Notes: generated by a model not told the origin, from the letters alone. A stretch of 64,000 nucleotides of DNA from Macrostomum lignano (GCA_002269645.1 NIVC01000142.1:496001-560000), one strand, 5' to 3'; counted from the stretch's first letter, positions 39,559 through 56,564 are shown. Made by a program: numbers and translations.

Positions 39559-39960
39559 ACTAGATGGGCCACTCAGGCATATATACTTAGGCTTTCCACT
39601 TTCAGTTCAGTAGCAAAGAAGAATAATACATAAGCTATTTTATAAAAATAAAAGCAGCTGAAACGACTTTGATAAGTTTAGAAGCCCAAGCTTGCAGGCG
39701 TAAACAGCTTGCTAATTGGTTCAGCAATAATGTACATTAGCCAGTCCACTGAAATGTACATGGCAGCTTTAGGCTGGAATTCAGAGAAAGGCAATAAAAA
39801 TTGGGGCGGGGCAGGGGTTCCGTGTGGAGTTTGAGGGTTTAAGCTTAGGGGGGCGGGGGTAAGAGCCAAACAAGCCTGTCGTTAAATAAAATGGTTCTGT
39901 ATAACTGACTACTGAACTGAAAGTAACTTGCACGCAAATGTGCTGAGTGGCCCATCTAGT
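39559..39960. mobile_element. MITE (402 bp) with 18-bp perfect TIRs and TA target duplication
   Basis: ACTAGATGGGCCACTCAG at 39559-39576 and its reverse complement at 39943-39960; an additional subterminal inverted block (ACTTTCAGTTCAGTAG); TA on both flanks. Confidence 0.82.
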
Positions 39961-40210
39961 TATTTACCGCTGAGCCGCTCTGCCACCGGTATTAAATATT
40001 AGCATGAAACACAACACTGAGTTGCTGGTTGCTGAGTTGCTCCGCTTGTAATACGGAAGCATCCCAAATTTTGTTAATTTTTTTTTAATTTTAAAAGTGA
40101 AAAAGTTACTGTAGTATTAAGCAAGTAGTTAAACAAATGCAGTCAGCGCGCCCTATACTCTGCAGTATGTACAGTATGGTACAGACAGCCATCTAGTTGC
40201 CGGGCAGCTG

Positions 40211-42443
40211 TCACACGAGTGTCTGGTAAACGCAATCGATTTCCGCTGCCTCTGCCGCGGACTTCGCGTCGCCTTGTCGGTGGCCAAAATAGCTGTGCCG
40301 CTGCTCCGCCGCGTTGCGACCGCTTTGGAATTCGTTTGGAGCCGGCTGGAACTGCTGGTACACCGGCTGTCTGTCGATGTTGTCCGCCGTGCCGATGATC
40401 TCCGCGTCAGTCCGGAAGGTCACCCGGCGCTTGGCGGCGGCGGCGACGGCGGCGGCGGCTGGCGGAGCGACGCAGCTCACTGCGCTGTCGAATGAAGATC
40501 GGCGAGGCCGGTCGAGAGCAACCGATTGAAGCTGCGGTGCCCGGCTGCTCCGCGCCTGCTGGAGGGCGAGATCGTCCGTTGTGGTCTGATGACATCCCTT
40601 CCTCTCCCAACCTCCCTCTCCCAACCTCCCTCTCCCAATCTCCCTCTCCCAACCTCCCTCTCCCAACCTCCCTCTCCCAATCTCCCTCTCCCAATCTCCC
40701 TCTCCTAACCTCCCTCTCCCAACCTCCCTCTCCCAACCTCCCTCTTCCAACCTCCCTCTCCCAACCTCCCTCTCCCAACCTCCCTCTCCTAATTCCCCAA
40801 TCCCAACTCCCACTCCCAACCTCCATCTCCCAACTCCCACTCCCAACCTCCCTCTCCCAACCTCCCTCTTCCAACCTCCCTCTCCCAACCTCCCTCTTCC
40901 AACCTCCCTCTCCCAACCTCCCTCTCCCAACCTCCCTCTTCCAACCTCCCTCTCCCAACCTCCTCCCAACCACCCTCTCCCAATTCCCCAATCCCAACTC
41001 CCACTCCCAACCTCCCTCTCCCAATCTCCCTCTCCCAACCTCCCTCTCCCAACCTCCCTCTCCCAATCTCCCTCTCCCAATCTCCCTCTCCTAACCTCCC
41101 TCTCCCAACCTCCTTCTCCCAACCACCCTCTCCCAATTCCCCAATCCCAACTCCCACTCCCAATCTCCCTCTCCCTATCTCCCTCTCCCCATCTCCCTCT
41201 CCCTATCTCCCTCTCCCAACCTCCCTCTCCCAACCTCCCTCTCCCAACCTCCCTCTCCCAACCTCCCTCTCCCAACCTCCCTCTCCTAATTCCCCAATCC
41301 CAACTCCCACTCCCAACCTCCATCTCCCAACTCCCACTCCCAACCTCCCTCTCCCAACCTCCCTCTTCCAACCTCCCTCTCCCAACCTCCTCCCAACCAC
41401 CCTCTCCCAATTCCCCAATCCCAACTCCCACTCCCAACCTCCCTCTCCCAATCTCCCTCTCCCTATCTCCCTCTCCCTATCTCCCTCTCCCAACCTCCCT
41501 CTCCCAACCTCCCTCTCCCAATCTCCCTCTCCTAATTCCCCAATCCCAACTCCCACTCCCAACCTCCCTCTCCCAACCTCCCTCTTCCAACCTCCCTCTC
41601 CCAACCTCCCTCTCCCAATCTCCCTCTCCCAACCTCCCTCTCCCAACCTCCCTCTCCTTATTCCCCAATCTCAACTCCCACTCCCAACCTCCCTCTCCCA
41701 ATCTCCCTCTCCCAATCTCCCTCTCCCAATCTCCCTCTCCCTATCTCCCTCTCCCAATCTCCCTCTCCCACCCTCTCTCTCCTAATTCCCCAATCCCAAC
41801 TCCCACTCCCAATCTCCCTTTCCAAATCTCGCTACCTCAAAACCCGGCAGCGAAGCCCCAGACGGCTCCAGTCGCAGGCTGCTCGGTCTCGTCCACCCCC
41901 GGCGACTATCGGAAGACTCCTCGGAGGCTGGCAGCCTCTCCTCCGGCGCCATCGCGGGCGGCCTGCTCAAATCGGCAGGCAGACAGAGCCGCTGCTCACC
42001 AGGACAGTCTGCCGCGGCCGGTTGCTGCGCCGGCTGCGGCGAGAATTCGCGGCAGTAGCGGCGCATGCTGGGCACCGGCCGGCACGGCGCCCAGGCCTCC
42101 TTGGCGGCGTACAGGAAGGGGATGTAGCCCACCTGGCCTGCGCCCGTCAGCACAAACAGCCAGCGCTTCCCGACGTGGTAGAGAGCTCGGACCGGCTGTC
42201 CGGCTGTCACGCTGAGCTCTCCGGGGCCGCTGGCCTCGAAGCTGAACAGGACTCGAGCTCGGACTCCTACCGGACGTTCTCGACGAGTGCGGTTGACTGT
42301 CTTTGTCTTCTTGACGGCGGCATCGCCGCTGTCGGTGTCCGAGCTGCTGCTGCTGCTGCTGACACTGATATTGCTGCCGACTGGCTTCGAGATGGCGCCA
42401 TCGCTGGTGCCATTGCTGACGCTGCCGCGGTCGCCTGATGCAC
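40211..42443 (-). CDS. SH3-domain protein (3' two exons; 5' exons unresolved) with RVxF-like and PDZ-binding motifs
   Basis: Exon 42443-41836 contains ARVLFSFEASGPGELSVTAGQPVRALYHVGKRWLFVLTGAGQVGYIP (SH3 pattern). Phase-0 donor GAG|GTAGCG splices to acceptor CATCAG|ACC at 40585; last exon 40585-40211 ends ...KRRVTF...YQTLV*. Confidence 0.72.
40600..41815. repeat. 14-bp C-rich satellite (CCAACCTCCCTCTC and variants) filling the last intron of the SH3 gene
   Basis: About 85 units with higher-order blocks. Confidence 0.95.
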
Positions 42444-42584
42444 CTGTGATAAAGTGATGATGGAGCAGGTTGCTCTTGTTTCCTGAAATGCATGTTTAAA
42501 TGTCCATCTGCTGAAGAAGCTCTGTGAAGCTGAGCTGAGAAGGAAAATTGTAGGGAACGGATGGAGGCTGAGCACAAGATTGCA

Positions 42585-43945
42585 GGTAGAGGGAGGCAGA
42601 TTGCAGTCGGTGGAAGAGGGAGATTGCAGTCGGTGGAAGAGGGAGATTTGAGTCCGATAGAGAGGGAGATTGCAGTCGGATAGAGAGGGAGATTGCAGTC
42701 GGATAGAGAGGGAGATTGCAGTCGGATAGAGAGGGAGATTGCAGTCGGATAGAGAGGGAGATTGCAGTCGGATAGAGAGGGAGATTGCAGTCGGATAGAG
42801 AGGGAGATTGCAGTCGGTGGAAGGGGGAGATTGCAGGCGGATAGAGAGGGAGATTGCAGTCGGTGGAAGAGGGAGATTTGAGTCCGATAGAGAGGGAGAT
42901 TGCAGTCGGATAGAAAGGGAGATTGCAGTCCGATAGAGAAGGAGATTGCAGTCGGATAGAAAGGGAGATTGCAGTCGGATAGAGAGGGAGACTGCAGTCG
43001 GTGGGAGGGGGGATTGTAGTCGGTGGGAGAGGGAGATTGCAGTCGGTGGGAGAGGGAGATTGCAGTCGGTGGGAGAGGGAGATTGCAGTCGGTGGGAGGG
43101 GGATTGTAGTCGGTGGGAGAGGGAGATTGCAGTCGGTGGGAGAGGGAGATTGCAGTCGGTGGGAGGGGGGGATTGCAGTCGGTGGGAGAGGGAGATTGCA
43201 GTCGGATAGAGAGGGAGATTGCAGTCGGTGGGAGAGGGAGATTGCAGTCGGTGGGAGAGGGAGATTGCAGTCGGATAGAGAGGGAGATTGCAGTCGGCGG
43301 GAGAGGGAGATTGCAGTCGGTGGAGAGGGAGATTGCAGTCGGTGGGAGGGGGGGATTGCAGTCGGTGGGAGAGGGAGATTGCAGTCGGATAGAGAGGGAG
43401 ATTGCAGTCTGTGGGAGAGGGAGATTGCAGTCGGTGGGAGGGGGGATTGCAGTCGGTGGGAGAGGGAGATTGCAGTCGGTGGGAGAGGGAGATTGCAGTC
43501 GGTGGGAGAGGGAGATTGCAGTCGGTGGGAGGGGGGATTGCAGTCGGTGGGAGAGGGAGATTGCAGTCGGATAGAGAGGGAGATTGCAGTCGGCGGGAGA
43601 GGGAGATTGCAGTCGGCGGGAGAGGGGATTGCAGTCGGCGGGAGAGGGAGATTGCAGTCGGCGGAAGAGGGAGATTGCAGTCGGATAGAGAGGGAGATTG
43701 CAGTCGGTGGGAGAGGGAGATTGCAGTCGGTGGAGAGGGAGATTGCAGTCGGCGGGAGAGGGAGATTGCAGTCTGTGGGAGAGGGAGATTGCAGTCGGTG
43801 GGAGGGGGATTGCAGTCGGTGGGAGAGGGAGATTGCAGTCGGTGGGAGAGGGAGATTGCAGTCGGTGGGAGAGGGAGATTGCAGTCGGTGGGAGGGGGAT
43901 TGGGGCGGGAGATTGCAGTCGGCGGGCGGGAGAGGGAGATTGCAG
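42585..43945. repeat. About 23-bp G-rich satellite (GGGAGATTGCAGTCGGTGGGAGA)
   Basis: About 58 units; source of several long spurious ORFs. Confidence 0.95.
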
Positions 43946-44369
43946 TCGGTAGATGGAGACTGCAGACATTTTGTTTCAAGCAAACTTTGAGCGAGTCGGA
44001 AAGCAGTTCAATCCAGTGATGAATAAAAAGTTTAAATTCTTAAAACGCTACCTTGTAAAGGGGAGCCGCTGTGTTTGGGGACGCATCTGCTTGGAGTCTG
44101 CTGCTGCTGCTGCTGCTGCTGGCAGGCGGTGAACAGCGGAAGATGGCAGGCTGCGGCATGGCCGGTTCATCCCGAGAGCCGGGCAGCCTCGGCAGCTGCA
44201 GGTGCCGTAGAGAGAAGGTGCGCCAGAGCTGCTGTGGAATTTCCAGGACATTTCCAGGCGGCCATCAATCAATTACAGTACTGTCTGATCTTTTATTCGC
44301 TTGATCTACTGAATCGTTCTGGTGATCAAAAGTGATCGATATAAACATTTGAATTTTTCGTCCATTAGG

Positions 44370-45025
44370 TAATCATTGGGGTCATTAGAGAATCATTGAG
44401 GGTCATTAGAGAATCATTGAGGGTCATTAGAGAATCATTGGGTTCATTAGAGAATCATTGGGTCATTAGAGAGTCATTGGGGTCATTAGAGAATCACTGG
44501 GAGTATTAGTAGTTTATTGAGGGTCATTAGAGAATAACTGAGGGTCATTAGAGAATCATTGGGGTCATTAGAGAATCACTGGGATCATTAGTAAACCATA
44601 GAGGGTCATTAGAGAATCATTGGGGTCATTAGAGAATCATTGGGTCATTAGAGAATCACTGGGAGTATTAGTAGTTTATTGAGGGTCATTAGAGAATAAC
44701 TGAGGGTCATTAGAGAATCATTGGGGTCATTAGAGAATCATTGGGGTCATTAGTAAACCATAGAGGGTCATTAGAGAATCATTGGGTCATTAGAGAATCA
44801 TTGGGGTCATTAGAGAATCACTGGGAGTATTAGTAGTTTATTGAGGTCATTAGAGAATAACTGAGGGTCATTAGAGAATCATTGGGGTCATTAGAGATCA
44901 CTGGATCATTAGTAAACATAGAGGGTCATTAGAGAATCATTGGGTCATTAGAGAATCACTGGGATCATTAGTAAACCATAGAGGGTCATTAGAGAACCAT
45001 TAAGGGTAATTAGAAAATATTGAGG
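44370..45025. repeat. 20-21-bp tandem repeat (GGGTCATTAGAGAATCATTG)
   Basis: About 30 variable units. Confidence 0.93.
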
Positions 45026-45649
45026 TTTCTTTAAGTAACCATTGGGCCACAACCATTGCAGGAATGCTTTCTTAGATTGCTTTCTTAGCTTTCTTAGATC
45101 TTACATTCACTGCTTTCTTAGAAAAATCTGCGAAGTAAACTGGGCCCAATTTAATGTTACATGCACTTTAAACTGCAGTCTGCAGCCTCGGCAGAGGCAA
45201 TACCCGGTCTTATATTGGATCCCAGACCTGCTGAAGAGCTGCCTCAATCATCTGGCGGAAATCTAATTCCTCACTTGTATGGACGCGAGAGACTTGAGAG
45301 CAGGTTGGGAACTGTGAAAATCTCGCTAGCGGCTTCACTCAGCTCGCCAGCAGCTTCTTCATCAAGTCCGTTGGGGAGTCTGGGAGGGGTCGGATTGGAT
45401 CTGCTAGGGGAATTTCGAGTTAAGGGATTTTAGCTCGCATGGTCACTTCTCTGAACTTCTCAGTCCGAAGCTCATATGCGAGTGAAATTGCTTTCTTGAT
45501 TTCAGGCAGTATATTTATATTTATGGAATTTTGGAAGCAAAAAATTGACTGAGCAAAATTTCATGTTGCCATGCTGTTTTTTTGCTTACGAAATACATTT
45601 CTAGTGAAAATTTGTTCGTTAGCTTCTAACATTAGCTAACATCGGGTAG

Positions 45650-46392
45650 CTGCCATCTTCCAGCTAGCTTCCATCTTCCAGCTAGCTTTCATCTTCCATC
45701 TAGCTTCCATCTTCCAGCTAGCTTTCATCTTCCATCTAGCTTCCATCTTCCATCTAGCTTCCATCTTCCAGCTAGCTTCCATCTTCGATCTAGCTTCCCT
45801 CTTCCATCTAGCTTCCCTCTTCCAGCTAGCTTCCCTCTTCCAGCTAGCTTTCATCTTCAAGCTAGCTTCCATCTTCCATCTAGCTTCCCTCTTCCATCTA
45901 GCTTCCCTCTTCCAGCTAGCTTCCCTCTTCCAGCTAGCTTTCATCTTCAAGCTAGCTTTCATCTTCCATCTAGCTTCCATCTTCCAGCTAGCTTCCACCT
46001 TCCAGCTAGCTTCCACCTTCCATCTAGCTTCCATCTTCCATCTAGCTTCCATCTTCCAGCTAGCTTTCATCTTCCATCTAGCTTCCATCTTCCAGCTAGC
46101 TTTCATCTTCCATCTAGCTTCCATCTTCCAGCTAGCTTTCATCTTCCATCTAGCTTCCATCTTCCAGCTAGCTTCCATCTTCGATCTAGCTTCCCTCTTC
46201 TATCTAGCTTCCCTCTTCCAGCTAGCTTCCCTCTTCCAGCTAGCTTTCATCTTCAAGCTAGCTTTCATCTTCCATCTAGCTTCCATCTTCCAGCTAGCTT
46301 CCACCTTCCATCTAGCTTCCACCTTCCATCTAGCTTCCATCTTCCAGCTAGCTTTCATCTTCCATCTAGCTTCCATCTTCCAGCTAGCTTCC
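45650..46392. repeat. 18-bp satellite (CTAGCTTCCATCTTCCAG), first copy
   Basis: About 41 units. Confidence 0.95.
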
Positions 46393-46959
46393 AGGTGTTA
46401 AGAGCTTTTAATCGCACATTGTAGTTCACATACCTTCTCAGCGGGTGCTTAAACGGGAATCAGGTCACGTGACCGGCCCCCGGTGTTCCACTTCGCCATT
46501 CCAACTCTTCGATGACTTTGATGACTCTCTGAGCTGAATGGATCGAACAAATAAGATGTCACTACTTGCGACACTGGACTCTGACACCTCCGCCTGTTGC
46601 TGTCGCGCTCACACAGTTGTCCGATTAAGATCTTTCGGGGGACTGCATCTTTCAGGGCTTGGGCGCAGACTGCCGCTCTGGCTTTTTAAAAGAGACGGAA
46701 AGAAGAGACAGGGGCAGGGGGTAGACGGCCGCGCTTTGGTTTGAATAAACAGATTTGCTCGAGTGGCCAGTCACTTCTGAGGGCCGGCTCGCTGTGGGCC
46801 AAGGAGTTCTGGATGAGGTGCAGTCTGGATTGAACAGCTGGCCAAGGAGTTCTAGATTGAGTGCCAAGGGGGCGCCCATCATGGCTGGGTGTTTGATGCT
46901 GTGCAGTCGACAAAAAGCAGCCGAGTGCGCCCCTGTTCTCGCTGGTAGGGTACCTGCAG

Positions 46960-47790
46960 CGTCTCTTCTTCGTTTCTTCTCTGTCTCTTCTCTGTCTCTT
47001 CTGCGTCTCTTCTCTGTCTCTTCTACATCTCTTCTGCGTCTCTTCTCTGTCTCTTCTCCATCTCTTCTGCGTCTCTTCTCTGTCTCTTCTCCATCTCTTC
47101 TGCGTCTCTTCTCTGTCTCTTCTCCATCTTTTCTGTGTCTCTTCTCTGTCTCTTCTCCATCTCTTCTGCGTCTCCTCTCTGTCTCTTCTGTGTCTCTTCT
47201 CTGTCGCTTCTGTCTCTTCTCCATCTCTTCTGCGTCTCCTCTCTGTCTCTTCTCCATCTCTTCTGCGTCTCTTCTCTGTCGCTTCTGTCTCTTCTCCATC
47301 TCTTCTGCGTCTCTTCTCTGTCTCTTCTCCATCTCTTCTGCGTCTCTTCTCTGTCTCTTCTCCATCTCTTCTGCGTCTCTTCTCTGTCTCTTCTCCATCT
47401 TTTCTGTGTCTCTTCTCTGTCTCTTCTCCATCTCTTCTGCGTCTCCTCTCTGTCTCTTCTGTGTCTCTTCTCTGTCGCTTCTGTCTCTTCTCCATCTCTT
47501 CTGCGTCTCCTCTCTGTCTCTTCTCCATCTCTTCTGCGTCTCTTCTCTGTCGCTTCTGTCTCTTCTCCATCTCTTCTGCGTCTCTTCTCTGTCTCTTCTC
47601 CATCTCTTCTGCGTCTCTTCTCTGTCTCTTCTCCATCTCTTCTGCGTCTCTTCTCTGTCTCTTCTCCATCTCTTCTGCGTCTCCTCTCTGTCTCTTCTCC
47701 ATCTTTTCTTTGTCTCTTCTCTGCTTCTCCCTCTCTTCTTCATTACTTTTCCGACTCTTCCTTATCTCTTCTCCATATTTTCTTTATCTA
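46960..47790. repeat. 33-bp pyrimidine-rich satellite (TCTCTTCTGCGTCTCTTCTCTGTCTCTTCTCCA)
   Basis: About 24 units. Confidence 0.93.
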
Positions 47791-47969
47791 TTCTCTCTTT
47801 TATCCTTGCAGCGCCTGTAGCGCCTGCAGCATCGGTGGGCGACTTGATCGTCGCAGATTTGAAGGCAGAGCACAGAAGGCCAACAAGCGATGCGTCAACT
47901 TGCTGCTCAGCTATGAGATATGAGGCAGATACTCGCCTGCAGGGCAAGCATTCGAGATAGTGTTTCGGG

Positions 47970-48940
47970 CTAGCTTCCATCTTCCAGCTAGCTTCCATCT
48001 TCCAGCTAGCTTTCATCTTCCATCTAGCTTCCATCTTCCATCTAGCTTCCATCTTCCATCTAGCTTCCATCTTCCATCTAGCTTCCCTCTTCCAGCTAGC
48101 TTCCATCTTCCATCTAGCTTCCCTCTTCCAGCTAGCTTCCATCTTCCATCTAGCTTCCATCTTCCAGCTAGCTTCCCTCTTCCAGCTAGCTTCCATCTTC
48201 CATCTAGCTTCCATCTTCCATCTAGCTTCCCTCTTCCAGCTAGCTTCCATCTTCCAGCTAGCTTTCATCTTCCAGCTAGCTTCCATCTTCCATCTAGCTT
48301 CCATCTTCCAGCTAGCTTCCATCTTCCATCTAGCTAGCTTTCATCTTCCATCTAGCTTCCATCTTCCATCTAGCTTCCCTCTTCCAGCTAGCTTCCATCT
48401 TCCAGCTAGCTTTCATCTTCCAGCTAGCTTTCATCTTCCAGCTAGCTTCCCTCTTCCAGCTAGCTTCCCTCTTCCAGCTAGCTTCCCTCTTCCAGCTAGC
48501 TTCCATCTTCCAGCTAGCTTCCACCTTCCAGCTAGCTTTCATCTTCCAGCTAGCTTCCATCTTCCAGCTAGCTTCCATCTTCCATCTAGCTTCCATCTTC
48601 CAGCTAGCTTCCCTCTTCCAGCTAGCTTCCCTCTTCCAGCTAGCTTCCATCTTCCAGCTAGCTTCCCTCTTCCATCTAGCTTCCCTCTTCCAGCTAGCTT
48701 CCATCTTCCAGCCAGCTTCCACCTTCCAGCTAGCTTCCATCTTCCATCTGGCTTCCATCTTCCAGCTAGCTTCCATCTTCCAGCTAGCTTCCCTCTTCCA
48801 GCTAGCTTCCATCTTCCAGCTAGCTTTCATCTTCCATCTAGCTTCCCTCTTCCAGCTAGCTTCCACCTTCCAGCCAGCTTCCACCTTCCAGCTAGCTTCC
48901 ACCTTCCAGCCAGCTTCCACCTTCCAGCTAGCTTCCACCT
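47970..48940. repeat. 18-bp satellite (CTAGCTTCCATCTTCCAG), second copy
   Basis: Same unit as 45650-46392; about 54 units. Confidence 0.95.
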
Positions 48941-49679
48941 GCAGAGTATTCGGGCCAGTGCCGCTACTCCATATTTTGTTGTCAGGTCTCCTGGGCAGAG
49001 CGAGCACAGAGCGGCAGCGCAGCAAACCTCACACCGTAAAAAGTCTACAGAGAGAATCTTCGGTCTGTATAGTTGCTCTCCTGTTCTTTTTCGGTATAGG
49101 CTGAAATGCCTGCACCCGTGAATGGCCGCAGTTGCGAGCCCCCCCCCTCCACATCCCTCTGTGCCTCTCCGACTCAGAACAATTCTAAAGCAGTCTACTC
49201 GAGAGCGTGCCCGAGGCTGTAACCAGAGGGAGTGCATTAACACAGCCAGGAGTTAAGTAGTTGGTCTCGGAGCAGATTTCAATATCACGGCGAATATTTA
49301 TGGGAAATTCTTTCATAAAAACTCTATATTAATGTGCAAACGTTCTTTGCAAATCAATTTTAACTTATTGACCTCATGGCGAACCTCCTAGGTGCCATTC
49401 AAACTCTGGTTTCTATTGAAATTCATAAACTACAATATTTTAACTGTCACAGTTTTCTTCTGCGAACTGATGCTTTACGACCGCATTTTTATAAAGCTTT
49501 TATGGCAAGATGAACACAACTTGTAGTTGTCTTACGCCAACTTTTAAAAAAAAAGCGTCAGAGAACCCAGTTTTGAATTCAATGCCTTCCGAATCTTCTC
49601 TTCTGCCTCTTCTCTTCTCTTTCTCTTTTCTGTCTCTGCTCCATCCCTTGCCCATGGCTTCTTCATCTATTATCACTCT

Positions 49680-51290
49680 CTTCTCAGTCTCTTCTCAATC
49701 TCGTCTCTTTTCAGTATTTTCTCTGTATCTTCTCTATCCCTTCTCAGTCTCTTCTCTGCATCTTCTCCATCCCTTCTCAGTCTCTTCTCTGCATCTTCTC
49801 CATCCCTTCTCAGTCTCTTCTCTGCATCTTCTCCATCCCTTCTCAGTCTCTTCTCTGCATCTTCTCCATCCCTTCTCAGTCTCTTCTCTGCATCTTCTCC
49901 ATCCCTTCTCAGTCTCTTCTCTGCATCTTCTCCATCCCTTCTCAGTCTCTTCTCTGCATCTTCTCCATCCCTTCTCAGTCTCTTCTCTGCATCTTCTCCA
50001 TCCCTTCTCAGTCTCTTCTCTGCATCTTCTCCATCCCTTCTCAGTCTCTTCTCTGCATCTTCTCCATCCCTTCTCAGTCTCTTCTCTGCATCTTCTCCAT
50101 CCCTTCTCAGTCTCTTCTCTGCATCTTCTCCATCCCTTCTCAGTCTCTTCTCTGTATCTTCTCCATCCCTTCTCAGTCTCTTCTCTGCATCTTCTCCATC
50201 CCTTCTCAGTCTCTTCTCTGCATCTTCTCCATCCCTTCTCAGTCTCTTCTCTGCATCTTCTCCATCCCTTCTCAGTCTCTTCTCTGCATCTTCTCCATCC
50301 CTTCTCAGTCTCTTCTCTGCATCTTCTCCATCCCTTCTCAGTCTCTTCTCTGTATCTTCTCCATCCCTTCTCAGTCTCTTCTCTGCATCTTCTCCATCCC
50401 TTCTCAGTCTCTTCTCTGCATCTTCTCCATCCCTTCTCAGTCTCTTCTCTGCATCTTCTCCATCCCTTCTCAGTCTCTTCTCTGCATCTTCTCCATCCCT
50501 TCTCAGTCTCTTCTCTGCATCTTCTCCATCCCTTCTCAGTCTCTTCTCTGCATCTTCTCCATCCCTTCTCAGTCTCTTCTCTGCATCTTCTCCATCCCTT
50601 CTCAGTCTCTTCTCTGCATCTTCTCCATCCCTTCTCAGTCTCTTCTCTGCATCTTCTCCATCCCTTCTCAGTCTCTTCTCTGCATCTTCTCCATCCCTTC
50701 TCAGTCTCTTCTCTGCATCTTCTCCATCCCTTCTCAGTCTCTTCTCTGTATCTTCTCCATCCCTTCTCAGTCTCTTCTCTGCATCTTCTCCATCCCTTCT
50801 CAGTCTCTTCTCTGCATCTTCTCCATCCCTTCTCAGTCTCTTCTCTGCATCTTCTCCATCCCTTCTCAGTCTCTTCTCTGCATCTTCTCCATCCCTTCTC
50901 AGTCTCTTATCTGCATCCTTCTCCATCCCTTCTCAGTCTCTTCTCTGCATCTTCTCCATCCCTTTCTGAGTATCTTCTCTGTATCTTCTCCATCTCTGCT
51001 CCATCTCTTCTCTGCATCTTCTCCATCTCTTTTTCATCTCTGCTCCATCTCTTCTCCATCTCTTCTCCATCTCTTCTTCATCTCTGCTCCATCACTTCTC
51101 CATCTCTTCTTCATCTCTGCTCCATCACTTCTCCATCTCTTCTTCATCTCTTCCACATCTCTGCTCCATCACTTCTCCATCTCTTCTTCATCTCTTCCAC
51201 ATCTCTGCTCCATCTCTTCTCCATCTCTGCTCAATCTCTTCTTCATCACTTCTCCATCTCTTCTCCGTCTCTCTTATTCTTATGCTTTCT
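49680..51290. repeat. 33-bp pyrimidine-rich satellite (CATCTTCTCCATCCCTTCTCAGTCTCTTCTCTG) with a degenerate tail
   Basis: About 37 highly homogeneous units to about 50930. Confidence 0.96.
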
Positions 51291-51952
51291 CTTCTTTTTT
51301 TCAGGTAATTTTGTATTGGTTCAATCTCAATTTTTTAAATTTCATTTACGGCTCGTATTCCTATTTTTTACAAAGCTATGCTTGCACTACACGATGAGTA
51401 CTTGTGAGTAGTGTCTATTGCAGTTAGTGAACAGAAACTGGGGAACTCAATACATTTTTCAAATCATTAGCGGTTGAACCAGTCTGTGCTGAGGTGAGGT
51501 GGTCTCATGCCGAGCATCTATCTGTCATACCCAATTTCGCATACCGCGAGACAAGACGTGCCAGCGCTCGCTACGCAAAACAACCGATCCGCGGACTCTC
51601 CCCCCCCCTCTCGGAGACAATTGTACACTTTTTGGTACCTTTTAATTCGAAGCACGGCAGTTTTGTGGATGTGTGTGAGTCATCACGCAGTCTGGCCCAC
51701 AGTCTAAGTCACGAGAAACTCGAATGAGACGGAATATTGAACAATGGAAGTGTTTTTGGGGGCGGGTGGGGGGCCCATACAGAAACTTGGCAATGCATTA
51801 TGTATGGAATTTTCCGCACAATACCACACACAAGCAAACCATAAGTTTATATACTGGCCAGTTTACACGGGCTGACCAAGATAAAACCTTTTGTCGAAAG
51901 CACAAAAACAGTTCTTGAACCCAATTGGAAATCAAATTCAAACACAGCAAAG

Positions 51953-56065
<4,113 letters not shown>

Positions 56066-56564
56066 AGTTTCGCATCTCAAGCTTTTGAAGCCATGGACAA
56101 CTGCGAGTTAAACATTTAAACATTTTACAACGCGGAAAATTTTTTATTAAAGACATTATCAGGATGCAAATATTTATACATGAAAATGTTTATTTACAAT
56201 TCTCAAACAAAAAAGATCGAAACGATTTAAATATGAAATCAATAATATATCAGTTTTGTTTGAACTCCAGTACACTGTAGTTACTCTCGACATTTTAACT
56301 TTTCACTTTTTAATACGAGCTATAACTTCACTGCCTGCTCAATGAAACTGAGCACAATTTATGTTTTACAGTACTCATATCTCCAAAAAACTTTTTTATC
56401 AGATCAAACGGTCCTTGAACGATGAGGATATTTGAAATTAATGTGTGCCTATTCACTACTAGAATCAGTACTATGGATAGTGTTTCTGACTGTTCGCTCA
56501 TTTCCTTTGCTTTCTTCTCGGGGCGAACTGTTTTGTTTAACTGACAGTACTGGCTGTTCAAGAG

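Noticed and set aside
41996-44019. Several 200-650-aa ORFs on both strands
   Set aside because: Products of a stop-free 23-bp satellite; only the 42443-41836 exon has protein-like content.
46652-51411. Long R/E/D-rich, S/L-rich and (MEASWK)n ORFs
   Set aside because: Periodic translations of 18-bp and 33-bp satellites.
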